Shown here: positions 54,378 through 64,000 of the stretch, in pieces
Position numbering within the stretch: position 1 is the first letter of the stretch
How the letters are laid out: the number at the start of each line of letters is the position of its first letter
Source: Octopus vulgaris
Taxonomy: Eukaryota
Length of the DNA stretch: 64,000 bases
Assembly (NCBI GenBank): GCA_951406725.2
Contig: OX597836.1
Coordinates: forward strand, 10,602,001 to 10,666,000
Reading direction: 5' to 3'
Program-made: the position numbers and the translations under genes
The notes under the pieces: generated by a model
The model's database searches: none
What the model saw: the letters and a program-made list of their open reading frames with translations, nothing else
Told to the model about the DNA's origin: nothing

Positions 54378-55357
54378 TGCGAAACAACTTTCTTCCTTAT
54401 CGAAGATGTTTGTACAAACCGAAGACAACGCAGTTAGAGTAAGAGGAACAAGATTTAATGCTCAGAACTATGGAAAAAGCTAATGGCCTGAGGTAATTTT
54501 TACCTTCATCTCTCCTGGAGGATAAAAGATATACTGAGAAAATTATCTCTGTTATCGGAATTCATAAAAGGTGATGACGTTCGCAGAATGAACATAATAC
54601 CCACAGGAATAAATACCTTATATAGTTTTCTCGTTTTTTGCTTTATTCCTTTGGAGATGAAAGGGTAAAAAGAAATGTACCTGTAATTTGCTGCAGTCAG
54701 TCAAGTTGAATTCTTTTTAAACCTGTCGTTTCCTCAAACTATGTTCGTAGAAGACAGAAAAGATGACAAAACTAGTACAAAATTAGAGTAAATGTATGAT
54801 AGTATTTCATATGGCCCCTTTGAAGTTCATAGGATATATCACACACAATAGGGGGTGAGCCTTGCAAGGCGGCGAGCTGGCAGAAACGTTAGCACGCCGG
54901 GCGAAATGCGTAGCCGTATTTCGTCTGCCATTACGTTCTGAGTTCAAATTCCACCGAGGTCGACTTTGCGTTTCATCCTTTCCGGGTCGATAAATTAATT
55001 ACCAGTTACGTACTAGGGTCGATCTAATCGACTGCCCCACCCCCAAATTTCGGGCCTTGTGCCTTGTGTAGAAAAGGGGTGAGCCTTGAATTGACTCTGT
55101 TAGTTCAAATATTGAGATGAGAGATATCAAAGAAATACTCACCTGTAATTATCTTGGGAATGGTTTGTTAATTCAACTTTAGCCTCAATCCCTTAATGAG
55201 AGAATATATTTGATAATATGCGAAATGCGAAACAACTTTCTTCCTAATCGAAGACGTATGTAGACATCGAAGAATACTTTGCTTAGTCACCAGACAACGC
55301 AGTTAGAGTAAGAGGAACAAGATTTAATGCTCACAACTATGGAAAAAGCTAATGGCT
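54378..55357. repeat. dispersed direct repeat of about 110-130 bp
   Basis: GCGAAACAACTTTCTTCC...AGACAACGCAGTTAGAGTAAGAGGAACAAGATTTAATGCTCA..ACTATGGAAAAAGCTAATGGC at about 54378-54487 and 55227-55356. Confidence 0.75.
54868..55075 (+). mobile_element. family A SINE, alternative-tail subtype, with TSD
   Basis: TSD GGGGTGAGCCTTG at 54852-54864 and 55076-55088; tail ...GGCCTTGTGCC...GTAGAAAA. Confidence 0.88.
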
Positions 55358-55977
55358 TTTAGATAATCATGATTGTGAAGGAAATTGTCTTTTAAGCGGG
55401 AATTGAAACCAGTTTGCCGGAAGCGTATTTTCCAATATTTTTTATGCACACCACAGGTGAAAAAGTAAAAAAAAAATTAAAAATAAAAATAAATAAAAAT
55501 AAATTGAATAATGAAAGACCAGAGAATATTGAAATAAACAGGGGAAAAAAATTAGAAATACTGAAACGAAGATTTCCCACGAGACAACATTATCAACATT
55601 TTTGACAGAACCAATGTCTGGTTTTTTAATTTGGTGAGAGCTTCTATGTTTTTATTAATCATGGCACGTTGTATGAGGGAAAGTAGGTTCCAGATTTAAA
55701 TATGCAATTGAATCTAATATGAATGGCTATTTGTTATAGATCACCCAGCATCATGCAGCTATCATTTGTTGTAGTAATTCATATACTACTGTCATAGCAG
55801 CTGAAATATTTTGATTTTTATTTCGTATTTCGTCGAACAGAAGTACTTTTTTATTTTTTAATATGCAGTTTTCCTTTTTGACGTGGTTAGTCTGATCTGA
55901 CAAAAAGTGCCAGAGTCTGCTGCTAGCTGTGCAGTGTTTCTTAATAGATAAGTAACAAGAGAGAGCAATTAAAGATT

Positions 55978-57280
55978 GTGGTAGATTCGTGTCTGGAAAT
56001 AATTGTTTAAACCGAGGCGTAAGGTTAGAAATTAAGGGTGAGGGGTTCGATCGATTAAAACAACCTCAGGATGTGACTGGTAGTTCTGTTCATCGACCAC
56101 AGAAGGACGAAAGGCAAAGATGACGTCGGCTGGATTTGAAATCATAAAAATGACCTCGGCTGGATTTGAAATGCATAAAAATATTTTTTTTTCCGACTTT
56201 ACGTTCTGAGTTCAAATTCCACCGAGGTCGACTTTCTCTGTTTATCCTTTCGGGTCGGTAAAATAAGAAAGTGGTAGATTTGTGACTGGAAATAATTGTT
56301 TAAACCCAGGCGTAGGGGTTAGAAATTAAGGATGAGGGGTTCGATCGCTTAAATCAACCTCAGTATATGACTGGTAGTTCTGTTCATCGACCACAGAAGG
56401 ACGAAAGGCAAAGATAACCTCGGCTGGATTTGAAATCAGAATTATAAAGAGCTGGAACAAATGCATAACAATATATTTCTTTTTCCGATTTGACGTTCTG
56501 AGTTCAAATTCCACCGAGGTCGACTTTCTCTTTTTATCCTTTCGGAGTCGGTAAAATAAGGAGGTGGTAGATTTGTGACTGGAAATAATTGTTTAAACCC
56601 AGGCGTAGGGGTTAGAAATTAAGGATGAGGGTTCGATCGATTAAATCAGCCTTACTATATGACTGGTAGTTATGTTGGATCTTTTCGGTTTGAACGGCAG
56701 TTTTTTCTAGCGGTGTCATATGAAATTGTCACCCATAATTATGACCCTAGTATCGATCTATTGCATTTCAATCTGTTTTAGGGTTAGGGTTAGGGGTGGG
56801 GGGAAGGGTATCTTTTTTTCTTCACAAATGTAAATAAACCCAATCTGTTTCTTAAACGAGGGACATATTCATACGGCACATAAGGTTCTTTACCTCAATA
56901 GACGTCATTGATTGGTTGAAATTGCAAAAATTAAAGAAAAAACATCAAATATCTTACAAACTATAGAATTTTCTCAATAAAGCCAAGAGAAAAAGATGTT
57001 TTATAAACACATTCTACCAGTATACGAAGTTTAAAAGTGTTTAGTTACGTGGAAATTATTAAAAAAAACTGCCGTTCAAACCGAAAAGATCCGTTATGTT
57101 CATCGACCACAGAAGGACGAAAGGTAAAGGTGACCTCGGCTGGATTTGAAATCAGGGTATAAAGAGCTGGAACAAATGCATTACAATATATTTCTTTTTC
57201 CAACTTTACGTTCTGAGTTCAAATTCCACCGAGGTCGACTTTCTCTGTTTATCCTTTCGGGGTCGGTAAAATAAGGAGCA
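55978..57280. repeat. 293-bp tandem triplication built from divergent family A SINE fragments
   Basis: Units start GTGGTAGATT at 55978, 56271 and 56564; the third unit is interrupted by the MITE. Confidence 0.85.
56677..57092. mobile_element. 416-bp MITE, Merlin-like
   Basis: Perfect 30-bp TIR GGATCTTTTCGGTTTGAACGGCAGTTTTTT; 8-bp TSD GTTATGTT at 56669-56676 and 57093-57100. The superfamily is inferred from 5'-GG ends plus the 8-bp TSD. Confidence 0.9.
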
Positions 57281-58207
57281 GTTGAGCACCGGGACCGATG
57301 TAATCGACTTACTCCCTCCTCCGAAATTGCTGGCCTTGTGCCAAAATTCGAAACCAATATTTAGGATGTTGCACTCACGAACGTAAGGTTACAGTTTCGA
57401 TTCTCAGACCGAGTTGTGCATTGTGTTCTTGGGCAAAACACTTCACTTCACATTGCCTCAGGCCACTCAGCAATATTTGGGATGTTGACCCTGCGACCGA
57501 CTAGCGCCCAGTACAGAGGATTAGTCTTAGTTTTAGTCTTAGTCACTTGTACCTCATGAAAACCCGATTAAGGGCCGATCTTATATGACCCAGGGTACAC
57601 GAGAAACTTAAAAGTAAATATAGATGTAAAATCGATTTTCTAGATTATTGATTTTTTTTTCTGAAGCCGGGTTTGTTATTCTCGTCAGCAAACTCTAAAT
57701 TAAACAAATATTAAATTTACTTACTTTTTTTTTATTTGTTTCAGTCATTAGACAGCGGCCATGCTGGAGCACCGCATTGAAGAATTTTTAGTTGAATAAA
57801 TAAACGCCAGTACCTACATTTTTTAAAAGCATGGTATTTATTCTATCTGTTTATTATGCCGAACCGCTAAGTTAAAGTGATGTAAACAAACCATCACCAG
57901 TTGCCTAGCAGTGGTGGGGGACAAACAGACACAAAGATACTCACATACACACACACGACGGGCTTCTTTCAGTTTCCGCCTGCAATATTCACTCACAAGA
58001 TTTTGGTCAGCCCGAAGCTATAGTAGAAGACACGCCCAAAGTGTCACGCAGTGGGATTGAACTCAGAACCATGTGCTTGAGAAGCAAACTTCTTACTATA
58101 CAACCACGGCTGCACCAAAGTAAATAATTAAATTACATGAATAATTAAATGAAATACAGAACAGTACATTAGTACAAATGATACAAGTTCATTAATATTG
58201 TACTGTG

Positions 58208-58690
58208 CAAGGTACCAGTTTATCCAAGGTACCAGTTTATTCAGGGTACCAGATTTTTCAGAGAACCAGTTTGTTTAAGGTATCAGACTTTTCAAAGTAC
58301 CAATTTATCCAAAGTACTATTCTGCCCAAGGTACTAGTTTGTCCAAAACACCAGTCTGTCTCAAGTATCGGCTAGTCCAAGGTACTAGTTTGTTCAAGGT
58401 ACCGTTTGTCCAAGATACCAGTTTATTCACGGTACCAGTTTGTCCAAGGTACTATTCTGCCCAAGTTACCAGTTTATTCAAGGTACTAGTTTGTCCAAAG
58501 TACCAGTCTGTCTCAGGTATCGGCCTGTCCAAAGTACCAGTTTGTCCAAGGTACCGATTGTCCAAGGTACCATTCTTTCCAAGGTACCAGTTTGTTCACT
58601 GTACCAGTTTGTTCATTGTACCAGTTTGCCAAGGTATTATTCTGCCCAAGGTACCAGTCTATCCAAAGTACCAGTCTGTTCACTGTACCT
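58208..58690. repeat. 16-17-bp minisatellite
   Basis: Unit approximately CCAAGGTACCAGTTTGT. Confidence 0.9.
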
Positions 58691-59814
58691 GTAAACTAGT
58701 TTGGTAGCCGTGGGAATTTAAAGATCCTGGTCTTAATTTGAAGCAGATTATAAGAAGCTCCAGACCACCCGTCCGGAAAGTTGGAATTTTACATGTATCA
58801 TAGGTGGAGTTCTTAATTAGATTTCCTGTCTTAATCCAGGTACGATTTACGAAAGTCGCGAAGAGATATTGGAAATTCGGTCGAAATGGAAACGAGAATA
58901 ATTTAGTTTGGCTGCGAGGATTAACTGGCAAGCAAAATATTCAAACAGCTTAAATACACATGGAATATTTTTGTTCTTTAGATTTGGTCGACAATTTATT
59001 GTTAATAGGTGGATTATTGAACTGAAGAATTTCGTGATTTCAAGGCAAACTGTGGCTTAATTGATATCTCTTCAAGAACCTATATATTTCTCGCGAATCA
59101 AAAATAACAATTTCCAGTGTTAACTGCTTCGCGATCATTTGCATATATTTTTATATTATTTGCATATTTAAAAAATAATATTTGCATATTTTTATATTAT
59201 TCTTAAATTGCTATTTTTCCCGCTAAAAGGTGGGCTGCAATGTTATTTTTCTATTTTTTTGTACTTCGTTGTAAATTTATTTTTTTGTTATTTTCGTTTT
59301 CTTTGGAGGAAGGTGTGTGTGAAATTTCTCAGCTGCATCGATATAGTTTGGATATGAATTAAAAGAAGTGAAACGAAGGGGAGTTTCCTCTGCTAAAAGT
59401 CAATTAATTTAATGGCGAATGGATTTAATAAACAGAAATGCTGAAGTTCGAAAAAAGCAAAATGGTGGACGAAATCTTGTGAGTTAAGTGAGAATCGCTG
59501 AAGGCGGTATTGAAAAAAAAAAGAGTTAAAAAAAACAACAAGAAACGAAAAACGACAGCAATAAAAAAAAAGCCTAAGCAAAGACCAAGAGAAAAGCAAT
59601 ATTTGATTACGTGTTCGCGGACTGAAGCTGATCTCGGCGATAAAACATTGCAGATATGCAGGGAAATCTAGTCTCGTTCTGCAAATACAATTGTTTCTAT
59701 TCGGACTTGCAAATCTCCAGCATGTTTCACACAAACTCTCTCTCTCTCTCTCTCTCAGACACACACACACGCGCACACTCGCACACACACGTACATATGT
59801 ATATACATATATGT

Positions 59815-59851
<37 letters not shown>

Positions 59852-59976
59852 CACATACTTATATACATATATGTGTATGTATACACATATTCATATATAC
59901 ATATGTATATCTGCAAATATATATAGATATGTATATATGTATATATATTGTATATATATATGTGTATATATGTATA

Positions 59977-60009
<33 letters not shown>

Positions 60010-60883
60010 GTGTGTGTATATATATATATGTATATATATGTGTGTGTATATATATATGTATATATATGTGTGTGTATATATATATATATGTATATATATG
60101 TGTGTGTATATATATATATGTGTATATATATATATATGTATTTACATATGTATATATATGTATTTATATATATATGCATATATATATGTATATATATTTT
60201 TATATATATATTATATATATGTATATATATGTATATATATATGAATATCTATATATGTACATATGTGTATATATATGTGTATATATGTATATATATATAT
60301 ATATGAATATCTATATATGTATATATATATGTGTATATATATGTGTATATATGTATATATATATATATATGAATATCTATATATGTATATATATATATGT
60401 ATATATGTGTATATGTATATGTATATATGTGTATATATATATGTATATATATATATATGTACATATATGTATGTATGTGTGTATATATGCATATAATGTA
60501 TATATATGTATATATTATATATATATGTATATACATATATGCATATAATGTATATATATATGATGTAAAGCATGTCAGGAGGTATGAGATGGGAATATAG
60601 ATTTATTTAATCACGACTTCCATGCACATACATGTATGCACATTAATAACGAACAGACGTGATTGTGTGCGTGTGTATATATATATATAGGTATATATAT
60701 GTATATATATATACATACGTACATATATGTAGGCGAAGGAATAGCTGTGTAGTAAGTAGCTTGCTTCCCAACCACATATATAAAGTCAAGGTTAACCTCA
60801 ATGCATGGCACCCCGACGATAGCTTAACTGGGCGAAACTTCGAAGTCACCCTCAATAATATTTTTGATTAAGAATAATAAGAG

Positions 60884-60942
<59 letters not shown>

Positions 60943-60949
<7 letters not shown>

Positions 60950-61358
60950 TATTAAATTTCTAAATATCTCAGAGAGATATGAGCGGTGGTGGAACGATAG
61001 AGCGGTTGTATACTGTCAACTTAACGTGACAGTCCTGTAAAGGGAATCACACCACCGCTATGTAGCCCTAGGAAGCATCGACGCTTCCCGTCGGCTTTGA
61101 CACATTTCCTGTACCCTTATATTTGCGAAGGGGAGACAAGCACACGCAACAGGGTAGATCGTTAGCCACTACACACGTTTTTTTCTCTCCTTGTTTCTCT
61201 CCTTGTTTCTCTCCATGTTTTTTCTGTGTCCCTTTCTGTAGAAGAGCGTAGGCTCGAAACGTAAAAGACTTTTTCTATTTCTGAGCGTTATACTAATACA
61301 TCTGTTTGTTTTCTACACCACCTGTCTTCGTCTTTTGTTTTTTTTCGTAAACTCTCCC
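60943..61358 (+). mobile_element. (TA)n-embedded non-coding element with variant hammerhead motif
   Basis: CTTT-CTGTAGA-A-GAGC-GTAG-GCTC-GAAA-CG-TA-AAAG at 61232-61267; its 3' part recurs at 51609-51725, also between TA runs. Confidence 0.6.
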
Positions 61359-61365
61359 TATATGT

Positions 61366-61428
<63 letters not shown>

Positions 61429-62744
61429 ATATAGCTCGTTATTTTCTTGTTTTTTTTTTCTCTGGTATGTCTTCTCTTTTCATTTGTTGCGGAAAAAAAT
61501 GATTAGTTGAAATTTTAAATGTTTCTGAGGAAACAGAAAATAAACGTTAAATAAAAAAAAACAAAATGAAAAAAAACGAGGAAAACCACACACAAACACA
61601 AAACAACCACAACCAGAACAACAACAACAGCAACAACACCGGTAGTGCTAGTAGTGATTTAAAACAGTTATTTAAATCGGGTGAAAAAGGAAAAATAAAA
61701 AAAAAATGAAAAACTAAAATAAACTTGTGAGATAGAAAAAAAATTGAGCTTAAAGAAAGTTTGGTGCTGAATGAAAAGCGTATATGATTAATAAGGGCAA
61801 GGTTCCCAAATCTATTTAGAGATTCATTACTAAGAATAATTGTGAGCAACGAATTCTGAAACGTGGCCATTCACTTGGCCACGTTTACAGTTTCTGAACT
61901 TTTGTAAATGGTGTATTTTTATATCGTTTCAATCAATTTGTTAGACAGCTACGTTTTATCGACCTTAGCGTTAGAAAAACAAAAGAAAATAAAAATTGAA
62001 AAGAAAGGAAAATGTATAAATAAATAAATGGAAAAATACAAAAAAAAATTGTAAAAAATATAAGAAATAAAAGTAACAATGAAGAAAATGAAAAAAAATG
62101 AAAAATCTCCCGAAATATATATATTTAAAAAATGGCTTTTGTTTCTAAGAGGTGTAGAGTTATTTTGTTTGGATTTTGTTTGTGTTTTATTTTTCTTTTA
62201 TTTCTTTCGGTCATTGGACTGCGCCCATATTGGGGCACCGCTTTGAAGGTGTATGTATGGAAGAAGGTCAGTCGAACAAATCGACTCCCAGTTTTTTTAT
62301 TAAAGAAAAAATAAAATAAAATCAAATCAGGTATACTTTTGCCCAACTGCTTAGTTAGGAGGAGGACGTAAACAAACTAACATCGGTTGTCAAGCGGTGG
62401 TTACGGTGTTTGTGGTGGTGGTAGTGGGACAAACAGAAGCACTAGGATAAACACCCCCACACGTATTTACGATTAGCTTCCACACAGTTTCCTATTTATT
62501 GCCCACAAGGGGCTAAACATAGAGGGGACAAACAAGGACAGACAAAGAGATTAAGTCGATTACATCGACCCTAGTGTGTAACTGGTACTTCATTTATCGA
62601 CCCCGAAATGAAGAAAGGCAAAGTCGACCTTGGCGGAATTTGACCTCAGAACGTAACGGCAGACGAAATATTAGGCCCAGAGCTATGGTAGAAGACACTT
62701 GCCCAGGGTGCCGCACATTGAGATGGAACCTGAAGTAAATTATA

Positions 62745-63480
62745 GAGTAGACATAATATATACTATCAGACACTGTACATACCCGTATTCCACAGTAAAC
62801 CACAGAATATTGTAGAATGTCAGACACGCGATGTACCCGTATTCATAGTATCTCACAGAACACATACTTTAACGCCGGACTCTCTATGTACCCCTATTTT
62901 AAAGTAATCCACAAAACGGTCAAAATAGAATGTCAGACACTGTACATACCCGTTTTTCACAGTAACCCACTGAGCAGACATAATAGAATGTAAGACACTG
63001 TATGTACCAGTATTTCACAATAATCCACAGAACAGTTATAATACAATGAAAGACACTGTACGTACCCTTATTTCACTGAAACCACAGAATAGACATAATA
63101 AACAGTAAGACACTATATGTACCCGTATTGCGCAGAGACCACAGAACAGACATATTAGAATGTCAGACACTAAATGCACCCGTATTGCACAGAGAACACA
63201 GAACAGACATAATAGAATATCAGACACAGTATGTACCCGTATTTCATAGAAACCATTGAACAGACATAACAACATGTCAGACACTATGTACCCGCATGTT
63301 ACTGTGAATCATAAAACATAGCATAATGTCCAATACTGTAGGTACCCGTATATTACAGTATTTCACGGAACAGACTGTTTAACATCAGATGCAGTATATA
63401 CCCGTATTTTACAGTGAATCGTGAAAAAAAGACGTAATAAAATATCATACATTGTCTGTACCCGTAAATTTACAGTAAAT
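62745..63480. repeat. 58-bp tandem repeat
   Basis: Unit approximately AGACATAATAGAATGTCAGACACTGTATGTACCCGTATTTCACAGTAACCCACAGAAC; about 12 diverged copies. Confidence 0.88.
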
Positions 63481-64000
63481 AATGATAAAAAATAAATAAA
63501 TTTATTAATCCAATTTACATCGAATATTTTCTTTTATCGATCACAATAAGCAAAGATTGCAAAAAATTTTTTTTCAGGAATTGCATAAAAGATCAGATTA
63601 AACCCTTTGGCAGCTTGTCTGATTTAGGCAAGTCGGTAGGAGGTCAAAAAATAGAAAAATAAATAGGCCAGTAATTATAAACAAACAAAAAAAAAGAAAA
63701 AAAAAGAAAAAGAAGCACCCTTTGCATGCAAGCAAGGCGGTCAAAAATGTATATAAAAAGTAAATCTCTTTAAGTCTGGAAACATAAAATATTGCTAATG
63801 TTATAAATACTGCAAGTCTATAAAATAAAGTTTATAAATGAGTTTGGTTCAGCAGAAGGTGAGTTTTTAATGATTTTTTTTTGAAATTTGACAGCGAAAA
63901 AATGTTTTTTAGCTTTCGAGGTAAAATATTATTCCATATGTTAATACTGTTATAAATAAAGCGGTTTTTTGACAAATTGATACGCGACGAAAGGGCGTTT

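Noticed and set aside
56778-56795. Telomere or chromosome-fusion scar
   Set aside because: Only three hexamers, and they are internal to a MITE.

Overview
AT-rich, repeat-saturated eukaryotic genomic DNA. The SINE repertoire and microsatellite density suggest a cephalopod such as Octopus; this is an inference, not something the sequence proves. One well-supported gene is present: the last four coding exons of a + strand SDR16C-type short-chain dehydrogenase/reductase (RDH10/SDR16C5-like) at 11503-11634, 12647-12891, 26802-26927 and 31304-31571, with its 5' exons outside the window. A second, unrecognised Cys-rich gene is proposed on the - strand (47604-47470, 34482-34435, 32010-31852). It converges on the SDR gene and has a microsatellite-encoded C-terminus. 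The rest is tRNA-derived SINEs (my labels A, B, C, E), 5'-truncated RTE and CR1/L2-group LINE fragments, MITEs, minisatellites and very long microsatellites; nearly all supplied ORFs are repeat artefacts. Most notable: (1) a tRNA-headed element carrying a Penelope-type minimal hammerhead ribozyme inside an inverted duplication, plus several other hammerhead-like motifs; (2) SINE and LINE 3' hairpins with compensatory changes; (3) head-less SINE concatemers with one fixed junction; (4) a Merlin-like MITE whose empty site survives in neighbouring tandem units. All alignments and folds were done by eye, with no database search.
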